In this document: positions 28,967 to 41,132 of the stretch, piece after piece | Numbering within the stretch: position 1 is the first letter of the stretch | Layout: each line of letters starts with the position of its first letter | Source: Octopus sinensis | Lineage: Eukaryota | Reading direction: 5' to 3' | Assembly (NCBI RefSeq): GCF_006345805.1 | Contig: NC_043015.1 | Coordinates: 49,476,001-49,540,000 of the forward strand | Length of the DNA stretch: 64,000 nucleotides | Notes under the pieces: model-generated | Databases searched by the model: none | Told to the model about the DNA's origin: nothing | What the model saw: the letters and a program-made list of their open reading frames with translations, nothing else | Made by a program: the position numbers and the translations under genes

Positions 28967-29335
28967 TATATACGTATGTATGTATGTATATGTACGTGTG
29001 TGTATATGTTTGTGTGTCTGTGTTTGCCCCCCACCTCCACCCCAACATCGCTTGACAACCGATGGTGGTGCGTTTACGTTCCCGTTAGCTAGCGGTTCGG
29101 CAAAAGAGACCGATAGAATGAGTACTAGGCTTACAAAGAATAAGTCCTCGGGTAGTAAAGAAATAGGTATTTCGTCTGTCTTTATGTTTTGAGTTCAAAT
29201 TCCTGCCGAGGTCAACTTTGCCTTTCATCCTTTCGGGGTCGATATTTTAAATACCAGTTTCATACTGGGGTCGATCTAATCGACTGGACCCCTCCTTAAA
29301 AATTTCGGGCTTTGTACCCAGAGTAGAAAAGATGA
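28796..29335 (+). mobile_element. SINE A - SINE B chimera
   Basis: A body switches at AAGTCCTC-GGG-TAGTAAAGAAATA (~29150) into B tail1 and a second B unit. Confidence 0.75.
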
Positions 29336-29449
29336 TTTCTTGGTGTTCGTTTCTGTTTTATTCCCTTAATACATTGCTTCCAGTTCATTATTGTCCTCTG
29401 ACATTCTTGTTGTTGCTGCCCTGTTTGTTGTTGTTGTTGTTGTAGAAGT

Positions 29450-30328
29450 GGTGGTGGTGGTGGTGGTGGTGGTCGTCGTCGTCGTCGTAGTGGTGGTCGT
29501 GGTGGTGGTAGACTGTAGTGGCAGCTGTAGCGGCAGTTTGGATGGATGGTCGTGGTGGTGGTGGTGGATGGTTGCGGTGGTGGTGGTTGCTGCTGTGTGA
29601 GCGAACGGTCTCCGTCCCTGAGCTCGCAAGAAGAGGGGAGAAGTCCGAACCGTGGTCCTTTGCTATTCGTAAGACCCGCAGAAGAAGAAAGCAGGTCAAC
29701 CCCCGACACCGAGAGCGTCGACGGATGGATGAATGCGCATCCAGGCTCAGCGGTTGCGTAGGGAGTCGGGGACAAGAAACAGGAAGAAAGAGTGAGAGAC
29801 AGTTGGGGCGAAAGAGTACAACAGGGGTCGCCCCCCCTGCCGAAGCCTAGTGGAGCTTTAGGTGTTTTCGCTCAATAAAACACAACAACGCCCTGTCTGG
29901 GAATCGAAACCGCGATCCTCCGACCGCGAGTTCCGCTGCCCTAACCATTGGGCCATTGCGTTCTCCACTGTTGCTGCTGCCTGTTTGATGTTGTTGTTGT
30001 GTTGTTGTGGTGGTGGTGGTCGTGGTGGTGGTGGTGGTCGTCGTCGTCGTAGTCGTGGTCGTGGTCGTGGTAGAGGTGTTGCACCTGTAGTGGCGGTTTT
30101 GGTGGATGGTGGTGGTGGTGATGGTGGGATGTTGCGGTGGTGGTGGAGAGGTGGTAAGGCTGCTGATTTTAGGCGTAGCTTTGTCGGTCGGGTCGGCTAG
30201 CCTTTCACCGCTTCTTTCGGTTCTGCCGACTTTTCTAGGGATTTTCTTGTTGTTTCTTTTTTACTCTTCACCTTCGGCTTTTCGGGCCCCACTCCACCTT
30301 TACGACCGTCGGCCATGCTGTTAGTTTC

Positions 30329-30395
<67 letters not shown>

Positions 30396-31553
30396 GAGGA
30401 GTACGACGGATAACCTTTGCTGCTGATGATGGTGATGCTGATGATGAGGATGACGTGGATGATGATGATAAATGATGATGGTGGTGGTGGTGGAGATGAT
30501 GATAATAATGAAAATGAGGATTGTGATGATGATCGTGGTGGGGGGGGTGGTGGTAGTGGTGGGGAAGATGATGATGATGATGGTAGTGGTGACGGTGGAT
30601 TACAATGGTGGGTGATGATGTGGTGTTGGTGGTGGTGGTGGTGGTGGTGGTGGTGGTGTGGTGGTGGTCGTCGTCGTCGTCGTAGTGGTGTGTCGTGTGG
30701 TGGTAGACTGTAGTGGCAGCTGTAGCGGCAGTTTGGATGGATGGTCGTGGTGGTGGTGGTGGATGGTTGCGGTGGTGGTTGCTGTTGCTGTTGAGCGAAC
30801 GGTCTCCGTCCCTGAGCTCGCAAGATGGGAGAAGTCCGAACCGTGGTCCTTTGCTATTCGTAAGACCCGCAGAAGAGAAAGCAGGTCAACCCCCGACACC
30901 GAGAGCGTCGACGGATGGATAATGCGCATCCAGGCTCAGCGTTGCGTAGGGAGTCGGGTGGACAAGAAACAGAAGAAAGAGTGAGAGACAGTTGGGGCGA
31001 AAGAGTACAACAGGGGTCGCCCCCCCCTGCCGAAGCCTAGTGGAGCTTTAGGTGTTTTCGCTCAATAAACACACACAACGCCCTGTCTGGGAATCGAAAC
31101 CGCGATCCTCCGACCGCGAGTCCGCTGCCCTAACCATTGGGCCATTGCGTCTCCACTGTTGCTGCTGCCCTGTTTGATGTTGTTGTTGTTGTTGTTGTGG
31201 TGGTGGTCGTGGTGGTGGTGGTGGTCGTCGTCGTCGTAGTCGTGGTCGTGGTCGTGGTAGACGGTAGTGGCACCTGTAGTGGCGGTTTTGGTGGATGGTG
31301 GTGGTGGTGATGGTGGATGGTTGCGGTGGTGGTGGAGAGGTGGTAAGGCTGCTGATTTTAGGCGTAGCTTTGTCGGTCGGGTCGGCTAGCCTTTCACCGC
31401 TTCTTTCGGTTCTGCCGATCTTTTCCTTAGGGATTTTCTTTTGTTTCTTTTTTACTCTTCACCTTCGGCTTTTCGGGCCCCACTCCACCTTTACGACCGT
31501 CGGCCATGCTGTTAGTTTCTGATGATGATATGATGATGATGATGATGATGATG

Positions 31554-31585
<32 letters not shown>

Positions 31586-31835
31586 GAGGAGTACGACGGA
31601 TAACCTTTGCTGCTGATGATGGTGATGCTGATGATGAGGATGACGTGGATGATGATGATAAATGATGATGGTGGTGGTGGTGGAGATGATGATAATAATG
31701 AAAATGAGGATTGTGATGATGATCGTGGTGGGGGGGTAGTGGTGGGGAAGATGATGATGATGATGGTAGTGGTGACGGTGGATTACGATGGTGGGTGATG
31801 ATGGTGGTGTTGGTGGTGGTGGTGGTGGTGGTGGT
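29450..31835. repeat. Tandem duplication, ~1.19 kb x2, of GGT/GAT-rich DNA containing SINE C
   Basis: Landmarks offset by 1190-1196; junction inside (GGT)n near 30625-30660. Confidence 0.9.
29597..29968 (-). mobile_element. SINE family C, tail type 2 (duplicate at 30795-31156)
   Basis: C head on minus; long tail unrelated to the other C tails; GTTGCTGCTG on both flanks. Confidence 0.8.
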
Positions 31836-32276
31836 GATAGGTGATGGAGGATGATGATGATGATGATGATGATAGTGATGATAATGGTGGTGGTGGTGGT
31901 GGTGATAGATAATGACGATGATGATGACGATGCTCTTGTTATTGTTTTTCGACTGGTCTTCCTTTAAAATCCATGTCAGCGGTTTAGATGCAGACAGATG
32001 CCCCCTTCTCCTCCTCCTCCTCCTCCTCCTCCTCCTCCTCCTCCTCCTCCTCCTCCTCAGTTATGTTTTTACCATCCACGATTGTTTACTGATGTATCAT
32101 TGTTTTTGTCCTTGTTGTTGTAAGACGATTAATGGGACCGATTATTTGAGGGAAATTTCGCTGTTGTTTCTAGCAGGTTGAGTCACGACATTAACCCGCG
32201 TTGCTGGCAGCAAATCCAGTGGTTGCTGCTGCTGATGGAAATGCAGCTACCGTTGCTACTGCTGCTGCTGCTGCTG

Positions 32277-32308
<32 letters not shown>

Positions 32309-32385
32309 ATGCTGATGCTGATGCTGCTGTCGTTGCTGCCGTTGCTGCTCGTTCTTTCTTGTGGTTGTGGTGGTGAAGGAGATGG

Positions 32386-32790
32386 TGGTCTTGCAGAAAC
32401 GTTAGCACGCCGGGCGAAATGCGTAGCCGTATTTCGCCTGCCGTTACGTTCTGAGTTCAAATTCTGCCGAGGTCGACTTTGCCTTTCATCCTTTCGGGGT
32501 CGATTAAATAAGTACCAGTTACGCACTGGGGTCGATATAATCGACTTAATCCGGTTGTCTTTCCTTGTTCGTCCTCTCTGTGTTTAGCCTCTTGTGGGTA
32601 GTAAAGAAATAGGTATTTCGTCTGCCGCTACGTTCTGAGTTCAAATTCCGCCGAGGTCAACTTTGCCTTTCATCCTTTTGGGGTCGATTAAATAAGTATC
32701 AGTTATGTACTGGAATCGATGTAATCTACTTAATTCCTTTGTCTGTCCTTGTTTGTCCCCTCTCTGTTTAGCCCCCTGTGGGCAATAAAG
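32386..32790 (+). mobile_element. SINE family B dimer
   Basis: Two cores, both with tail1. Confidence 0.85.
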
Positions 32791-33519
32791 AAATAAATTT
32801 CGTTCTTGCACACCAAATCTCATTCTTCCACGCCTCCTTCTCTTACCCCTCCTCCACCTCCTCCTCCTTCTCCTCTTCCCTTCCATCTCTTTCCCTCTTC
32901 TTCTCTTCCTCATTCTTTCCTCCTCCTCCTCCTCCTCTCCTTCAACTTCCACCCTGTTCCTTTTCCTCCTCCTTTCGTTCATCGTGTCGGAGATCATGCC
33001 TCTAAAATGGCAGTACCTTACGTTACTAACGTCAAACCAGTGATTTCCGTAAGTTATCCATAGTGCCAAGATTGAAAGTCCTTACGGAACTGACCATCCA
33101 GTCGATTCGTTGCCAACTCCTAGGCCTCTACAAAATAAGGTGGGAAAGTTCCATTGGACGCATTGCACGACTGGTAGAAACCGAACCGAGCCTAAGGCTG
33201 AAGGCGTCCCGAGTAAAAAAAAAATAGAAATTCTGCGCCCTTACAAAAATAATTCTTTTTATGTAAATAGTTACAAAAAACAAAAACTGCATAACTTAGG
33301 CATAAAATCTTTTTATTACGATACAGAGATGAAAAAGAACAGTTGTTACAAAGTATTAGATTTTAAAAAAAAAACCTTTCATTAATATAACTGTGAGAGA
33401 AATAAAGAGGAAGCGACAAAGACACATACATATATACATACATACATATATACATACATACATATATACATACATACATACATACATATATATATATATT
33501 ATATATATATATATATATA

Positions 33520-33567
<48 letters not shown>

Positions 33568-33630
33568 TATATACATATATATATATACATACATACATAC
33601 ATATACATACATACATATATATATATACAT

Positions 33631-33673
<43 letters not shown>

Positions 33674-33684
33674 TATTATATATA

Positions 33685-33716
<32 letters not shown>

Positions 33717-34654
33717 GAAGAGAGAGAGAAGGGGGAGTGTCTACATTGTTGATCATGATTCCAACGGTTTTGTTAAGAACACTGGGTAGAAGAAGATGGC
33801 TATATGGAAAGTTTTTAAAAAGTGACCATCTCTTGGAGCGAAAAGAATTTCACCCAAAAGAACAAATCCTGCAGAATATACATTTCCCTAAAATAATTCT
33901 TGCTTGCTTTAAGCTCTGAAAATGTGTGTCGCTGTTGCTGTTTTTAAGACCATTTCCTACATCTTTCTCTTACGACATAGTTTTCCACTGACAGAATTGC
34001 TAAAGAAATTGTAGAATTTATCTTTCTTTGTATTAAGCAAGTTAGCAAGTCAGAGAACCTCCATAACAGAATGGAATCAATGACAATACTGAGAAGTAAT
34101 TTTATCGCCACTTCAACGTCGGTTCCAACGAAACAGCCATGTTGAAATGACGATAAATGATTCTTTCCTTTGTATTTTGTATTTTTGAATATCCCATATA
34201 TACGGAGTGACACCTCGGACGACCACCCAATGAGCCGGTACCTTTCATTGACCCTGAGTAGTGGTCGGTGTCATTTTAAGGTATGTGCACGCTGGGCAGT
34301 TACCTGGGGACTTCACGTGTTTAGCGAGCGCAGTTCTACTCTATGCATGTTATGGCTTACTATCAACAAATAAGTAGAATTGGACCCTGTGCATTGACTT
34401 ACCCGGGGACCCTATAATATTGCTAAATCCTTTCGGGGTGGATTAAATAAGTACCAGTTACGCACTGGTGTCGATGTAATCGACTTAATCTCTTTGTCTG
34501 TCCTTGTTTGTCCCCTCTATGTTTAGCCCCCTGTGGGCAATAAAGAAATCAACATTGCTAAAATGGCCCTTGTAGAGGGTGTGAGTGCTTGACATCATTC
34601 CAGATGCTATACACCTAATCTTGGCCCTTGATTGTTCCATGAATGCGACTATAA

Positions 34655-35062
34655 TTAATTATGATTTCAAATTTTGGTACAAGGCCAGAAATTTCGGGGA
34701 AGGGGACGCTAAGTCGATTACATCGACCCCAGTGCTCAACTGGTACTTATTTTATCGACTCCGAAAGGATGAAAGGCAAAGTTCACCTCGGCGGAATTTG
34801 AACTCAGAACATAAAGACAGACGAAATACCTATTTCTTGACTACCCACCAGGGGCTAAGCACAGAGGAGACAAACTAGACAGACAAACGGATTAAGTCGA
34901 TTATATCAACCCCAGTGCGTAACTGGTACTTAATTCATCGACCCCGAAAGGATGAAAGGCAAAGTCGACCTCGACGGAATTTGAACTCAGAACGTAGCGG
35001 CAGACGAAATACCACTAAGCACTTCACCCGGCGTGCTAACGATTCTGCCATCTCATCGCCTT
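34655..35062 (-). mobile_element. SINE family B dimer
   Basis: Reverse complement of head-tail1-core-tail2. Confidence 0.85.
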
Positions 35063-35199
35063 AGAGTGACTATATTTAATCATGCCATCAGAATCAAACT
35101 CTTATTATCAAAGCAGAAAACAATCTAAATTGTTTGCAAATGTGTAAATAATTTAGAAGTAATTTAGTAACATTGGAAATAATAGTTAAACAATTGGCA

Positions 35200-35592
35200 C
35201 AGGAGTGGTTTACAAACCACATGGTTCCAGGTTCAGTCCCACTGCCTGGCACCTTGGGCAAGTGTCTTCTACTATAGCCTCGGGCCGACCAAAGCCTTGT
35301 GAGTGGATTTGGTAGACGGAAACTGAAAGAAGCCTGTCGTATATATATGTATATATATGTATGTGTGTGTATATGTTTGCATGCCTGTGTTTGTCTCCCC
35401 GCATCCCAACATCGCTTGACAACCGATGCCGGTGTGTTTACGTCCCCGTAACTTAGCAGTTCGGCAAAAGAGACCGATAGAATAAGTACTAGGCTTCCAA
35501 AGAATAAGTCCACGGGTCGATTTGCTCGACTAAAGGCAGTGCTCCAGCATGGCCACAGTCAAATGACTGAAACAAGTAGAAGAGTAAAAGAG
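35200..35592 (+). mobile_element. SINE family A (deletion in head)
   Basis: Body and tail match consensus. Confidence 0.85.
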
Positions 35593-35698
35593 TAACATTA
35601 GAAATAATAGTTAAACAACTGTGTTAAGTTTGAGAGGTTTTCGAATCCCTTTATGTTTTAGTTATATTAAACCATAATTGTTATTTAATAATAATCTT

Positions 35699-35806
35699 GC
35701 TTACAACTACATAAAGTTGAAAACACCGGTTCCCTTCCGATCACCGAATTTAAACAACATCGAGGGCCTGGATAGTACTTAGGTGAATGAGCAAGGTGTC
35801 GTATGC
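35699..35806 (+). pseudogene. Decayed 5S rRNA copy
   Basis: GTTGAAAACACCGGTTCCCTTCCGATCACCGAATTTAAACAACATCG..GATAGTACTTAGGTG matches metazoan 5S (GTTGAAAACACCGGTTCTCGTCCGATCACCGAAGTTAAGCAACGTCG..TTAGTACTTGGATG); box A/C mutated, ~14 nt deleted near the 3' end. Confidence 0.8.
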
Positions 35807-35825
35807 AAAGCCTTATTTCTCGCCA

Positions 35826-35965
35826 ATTAGCGGTTCGATAAAAAGAGACCGATAAAATAAGACTTAACAAAACAAAAAAAGTACTGGGGTCGACCTGTTT
35901 GACTAAAACCCCTCAAGGCGATGCTCCAGCATGGCCGCAATCCAATGACTAAAACTAGCAAAGGA
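35826..35965 (+). mobile_element. SINE A-type 3' domain and tail abutting the 5S copy
   Basis: TTAGCGGTTCG..GAGACCGATA..CTGGGGTCGA..GCTCCAGCATGGCCGC. Confidence 0.75.
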
Positions 35966-36542
35966 TAAAAAAAAATGAAAATTTCGGAATGTATCCCACC
36001 GACCATTTTTTCCATCTCCACATTCATCATTTGCTAAGTCGTCTTTACGTTCTGAGTTCAAATTCCGCCAAGGTCGACTTTGCCTTTCATCCTTTCTGGG
36101 TGGGTAAAATAAGTACCAGTTGAGCACTAGGGGTCGATGCATTCGACTCATCTCCTCCCCCGAAATTGCTGGCCTTGTGCCAAAATTTGAAATCAGTATT
36201 ATTATTCTAAGTTGCGTCGTCGCCAGCGACATCCCAATTATAATATATCTAATAATCATTGGGTGTCGCTAGATTCTCTCCGTGTACTGTGGTCGCAACA
36301 CAATATACAATAACATCCCATGGCTAACGTTTCACCACACAGCGATATTGGACAGGAAAGTAGAGAAAGAAGTACATCGCTAGAATAAAATTGATATCTT
36401 CTTTTTTTTTTTCAAACTTTCCAAGTACATCTTTATTTTAAATTGTTACTTTAAAAATTCCTTATAAATTTTATTTCAATATATATATATTTAAAAATTT
36501 TTTTTCTCAATTTTCATTAGTGTTTTTTCCTCGTAAGTTAAT

Positions 36543-36626
<84 letters not shown>

Positions 36627-36830
36627 TTCAAACAAATACATAACAAACCCCAGGACTAACAAAAACATACAGAAAATAGCACTACCGGTACCGCACACAT
36701 CCTACGTAAAAGACTTTCAATACAGTAACCATAAGAGCATCACAACAAACCACAGCACATGGCCAAGATACACAGAGCTGCGCTCAGTAGTGCAGTGAAA
36801 GCACGGGACAAAAATAAGATTACTGAATAA
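36627..36830 (+). mobile_element. Dong/R4-clade LINE 3' end in (TAA)n, frameshifted
   Basis: Homologous to 28275-28472; IQKIAL..GTAHILRK. Confidence 0.75.
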
Positions 36831-37009
36831 TAGTAATAATAATAATAATAATAACAATATAAATTTCTTACAAACCTAAGAAACTGTTCTTGAGCTGTGA
36901 CATTCAATGAAAAGTAATTAACAACATAGTTAATAATATTTAAATAGAAAAACCCAATGAAAATTGTTAAATGAGAAGCATATTGAAGGGTATTACGGTT
37001 TTTAACTAT

Positions 37010-39292
37010 TCATCTCAGTCTTTTACCAGCCATGCTACTCATTTTATCAATTATTTCTGGCTTTTGGTAAAACTTGGCATAGTTTTCCAACCACTTCCGC
37101 CTGTAACTCCACATTTCCCGAGCCATCTGTTCTTCCGTGTTTGTTGCTTTCTTCCATGCATTTTCCAGCACATTCTGTTCGCTTTTGCTATTGTTCTCCT
37201 CTTGAATGCTGGATATCATTTTTCGGTCAATTTCCTCGTATTTATCCTTGTGCTTATCAGCTTTCATCTTTGAAAGAACCACTTCAGACTTCAAACACAA
37301 CAGACTGATGTCATCTGAAATGCTTTGCCATTTCAAACTGTTTTGTTTTTTCGTATTCCATAATTTCGTTGGTAAAATTGTAGGGACATTCGCAGCCCAA
37401 GCCCGATAGATTTTAGCTTTCTCAGTACATTTTAAGTAAGTATAATAGGCATGTTCTCTTTTACTTAAATTGGAATTCCATTTCTTCCTGAATTCTTCTT
37501 GGCTGGTCTTCAGTTCCTTCATTTTACTAATATAGTCATTTAGCTGGCCTTTCTTTTCGTTTGAATATTCTCCGGTTCTAAACATCCTTTGATTCGATTG
37601 TAAAGTTTCATATGTGTTGTTATTACTGTTTTCTTTCCCAGTGAAAAGACAAACAGATATATTTCCACTCTGTAGCGGAACGTATTTCGGTGTTGTGTTA
37701 TGACAAAGCGGAACTGTAGAGTCCATATCATACGATTCCGAGTTCTGAGATTTATTAAAAGGTTCCGTTGATAATTCAACGCTGCTTTGTTCCGTGTGAT
37801 CGGTATCATTCTCGTCATCGATTGTAGAAATGGTGTCGGTATTAGAACTTGTCTCATTAACATCATTAAAATGCTTTTCTCTCTTATTAACACCAACGAT
37901 ATCAATTTCATTACAGTTGCTCATTACAGTACCTCGTTCATTTTTGTCCTTGCTACATTCTAAATCTTCTTCTTTCTTTGCAGACATGTTTTCGTTTTTA
38001 TCTGTAAACAAGCTCTGATCTTTGCAGCATTCTTCGGCTGAATGTTCATCTGTATCCATTAAATCTTGCTTTGCTTGTGGACTGGTTTTATATTCAGCGA
38101 CTTTACTGCTGTTACTCGAGTTAATTTCTTCACCATTCGCGACAATATTCTCATTCTCATCCTCATCCTCATCTTCGTCCGTGTTTTTCCCTTTATTAAT
38201 TAAGGCCAACATTTCGGCCCTTAATCGACTGCTAATATCTCCACCTTGTACAGTTCCTATACCATTAATCTCATCTTTACTATTAATCTCATCTTCTTCA
38301 TCCTTATCTTTGGTTTCACTTTCTTCCACATTGGGCATTGTATTAGCTTCCACATCTTCTGCTTTCTCCGGTGAGACAGATATTTCATCTTTTAACTTTG
38401 ATTGATCATCGCTAGATACTTCTTCAATCACACTATCATCAGCATTATTTGTAGTATCGATATTGCTGACAGATTCCTCTTTTTCTTCATCATTCACTGG
38501 TGAAAGGCATAACACACTTGTATCTCCGTTGTCCACAGGTTCCTCACTATTTTCCAGGTCATCTTTATCTACTTCAGTTTCTTCTATGTAGCGTTTAGTT
38601 TCACCCAACATCTCATTTACACATTCATAATTAGTGCTCTCTTCATTATCATCATAATTTCCTTTATCAATAGCTGAAAAATTACGATTAATATGTTTCA
38701 AATTCGTTTGGTTCGTTCCTGGTACAGCATTCAGTATTTCTTCGTTACTACAAGTAACATCTTTAACTTCGTCTATTTTTCCCTCATCTTCAGTTTCTGA
38801 CTTAACAGCACACGTTGTCACTTGAGAAACATCTTTCGCAGCATTTTTAATTTCTTCTTGTTCAACGGGAGGAGGTGGAAAACAAATGCTAATTTTGGTG
38901 GTGCTTTTGCTAGCTTCGTTCATCTGCACAGCCCCTTCGCTTCCTATTGTACTTGACGGAACCATCAAAGTATCTTCGCTGTTGTTATTTTCAAAAGGAA
39001 AATGATTAAAGATAGATTTCAACTGAATCAGTTGCTGAGATCTTGGGATAAATTCCGGGGCATCAGCAGACATTTTAGACTTTGTAACACTTTTATATTG
39101 GCCGTGAACCGGTGTGTCCATCACATCTTCAACCATAGCATTGCTATGGTCCCCTGTCGAGAAAGTAACTTCTTCTTTTATTGCGACGTTAAGCTTTTGA
39201 TTGAGAATTTTCATCAATTTTTTAATATCTTCAAAAGTTACAGATTTCTCATACGAGTTTTGGTTCCGTGCTTTATGTCTGTGATTATTCAT
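37010..39292 (-). CDS. Intronless 760-aa protein: PAM2-like motif (aa72-83), FPPPP motif (aa138-142), acidic low-complexity middle, Trp-rich helical C-terminal domain (aa ~585-745) possibly of retroelement ORF1 origin
   Basis: 2283-bp uninterrupted ORF, ATG to TGA, with an in-frame TAA 4 codons upstream of the ATG. Complex protein-like sequence in a ~2.9 kb block free of SINEs and microsatellites. Product not identified by homology. Confidence 0.8.
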   Translation of the reverse strand: MNNHRHKARNQNSYEKSVTFEDIKKLMKILNQKLNVAIKEEVTFSTGDHSNAMVEDVMDTPVHGQYKSVTKSKMSADAPEFIPRSQQLIQLKSIFNHFPFENNNSEDTLMVPSSTIGSEGAVQMNEASKSTTKISICFPPPPVEQEEIKNAAKDVSQVTTCAVKSETEDEGKIDEVKDVTCSNEEILNAVPGTNQTNLKHINRNFSAIDKGNYDDNEESTNYECVNEMLGETKRYIEETEVDKDDLENSEEPVDNGDTSVLCLSPVNDEEKEESVSNIDTTNNADDSVIEEVSSDDQSKLKDEISVSPEKAEDVEANTMPNVEESETKDKDEEDEINSKDEINGIGTVQGGDISSRLRAEMLALINKGKNTDEDEDEDENENIVANGEEINSSNSSKVAEYKTSPQAKQDLMDTDEHSAEECCKDQSLFTDKNENMSAKKEEDLECSKDKNERGTVMSNCNEIDIVGVNKREKHFNDVNETSSNTDTISTIDDENDTDHTEQSSVELSTEPFNKSQNSESYDMDSTVPLCHNTTPKYVPLQSGNISVCLFTGKENSNNNTYETLQSNQRMFRTGEYSNEKKGQLNDYISKMKELKTSQEEFRKKWNSNLSKREHAYYTYLKCTEKAKIYRAWAANVPTILPTKLWNTKKQNSLKWQSISDDISLLCLKSEVVLSKMKADKHKDKYEEIDRKMISSIQEENNSKSEQNVLENAWKKATNTEEQMAREMWSYRRKWLENYAKFYQKPEIIDKMSSMAGKRLR

Positions 39293-39871
39293 TCTTATTC
39301 TTTATTTTTCAGACGCAAATTTTCCCTCAGAAATTCGAAGGTTGTTTGTTTGAATTATTCCTGGAAATGCTTTGACGCGAATCTGTTGACAATTTTTTAT
39401 CAAATTACAATATCTCTGTTCTTGTACAAATTTAATATCAACGATGTATTTCTAATTTCAGCATATACAAAATATTTTTAAAAAAACAAAAAAAATTATA
39501 TATCCGGTAAGTTTCAAATTCGTGTTTTCTCCCAAATCTTCTTTCTAGAAGATTTTTTTCAGTTTGATTTTCAAATGATTAACTTTTCCGTTACTGTCAA
39601 TCGTAGGTCGATGATGTCATGTTTGGAACAACAAAACATATTTAGAATGAAATCTATTTAGAACAACTGGTTTCTTTAGCGTTCTCAGACTTCCAGAAAA
39701 CATTCTATAACAGAATAAATTACGTCATATATGTTATTGTGTATGTGTGTGTGTGTCTGTGTACACATGTACGGAGGACAGTACATTTTTACTTATATAT
39801 ATATATATATTTATATATGTATATGTATGTATATATATATATGTATGTGTGTGTGTGTGTGTGTATGTGTG

Positions 39872-39902
<31 letters not shown>

Positions 39903-40275
39903 ACAAACATATCTCTGTGTGTATCTATAAATACACACACACACACACACACACATATATGCACGTACATATATATTCATAAACACATACGTACACGTGC
40001 AAACACGCGCCACACACGCGCGCACACACACACACATACATAGAAGCATACGTTTACGGTTATTGCGTACGTGTATACATGTATGCATTAGTATAGTTAT
40101 ATATCTATACGTGTGTGTGGAGATGTGTGCGTGCGTGCATGTGAGTGCGTATGTGCGTGTGCGTGCGTGTGCGTGTGCGTGAGTGTGCGTGTGTTTAAAA
40201 TCAAACTACAAGGTTAGTTCGTCATCTAGAGAAATAAAAAAAAACTCGTTTATTTATTTATTATTCGATGTCCTG

Positions 40276-40289
40276 GTTACCATGACAAC
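40276..40289. promoter_or_regulatory. RFX X-box-like motif
   Basis: GTTACCATGACAAC, 13/14 to GTTRCCATGGYAAC; ~985 bp upstream of the 760-aa ORF ATG. Confidence 0.35.
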
Positions 40290-40564
40290 AACTTTTGGGA
40301 ACAATCTTTTAGATTTTTGTAAAGGCAAAGAGAAACTGGCTCTTAATATAATACCCTAACATTAGGTAGCCAATTGGCAGAGTCATTAGCATGCCGGACA
40401 AAAATTGCATAGCGGCATTTTGTCCATCTTTACGTTCTGAGTTCAAATTTCGGCGAGATCGACTTTGCTTATAACCTTTTGAACCCGTAACACCGGTTTA
40501 CCGGCGGAGGGATTGTTTTTCTCTGTACCGTAATACCGCTCTATACCGTAGCATCAGTTGGTCT

Positions 40565-41132
<568 letters not shown>

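Noticed and set aside
29296-33069. Poly-P/T/H/G/V ORFs resembling low-complexity proteins
   Set aside because: GGT/GAT/GCT/CCT repeats and SINE C; no splice or codon support
34200-34330. HFKVCARW, resembling the mariner KVCARWVP motif
   Set aside because: Too short and no supporting frame; not called
35699-35806. Functional 5S rRNA gene
   Set aside because: Box A/C substitutions, 3' deletion, no oligo-T terminator, single copy
36971-39481. ORFs overlapping the 760-aa CDS (37540-37911, 38022-38405, 39002-39481 and others)
   Set aside because: Shadow frames of a real coding sequence
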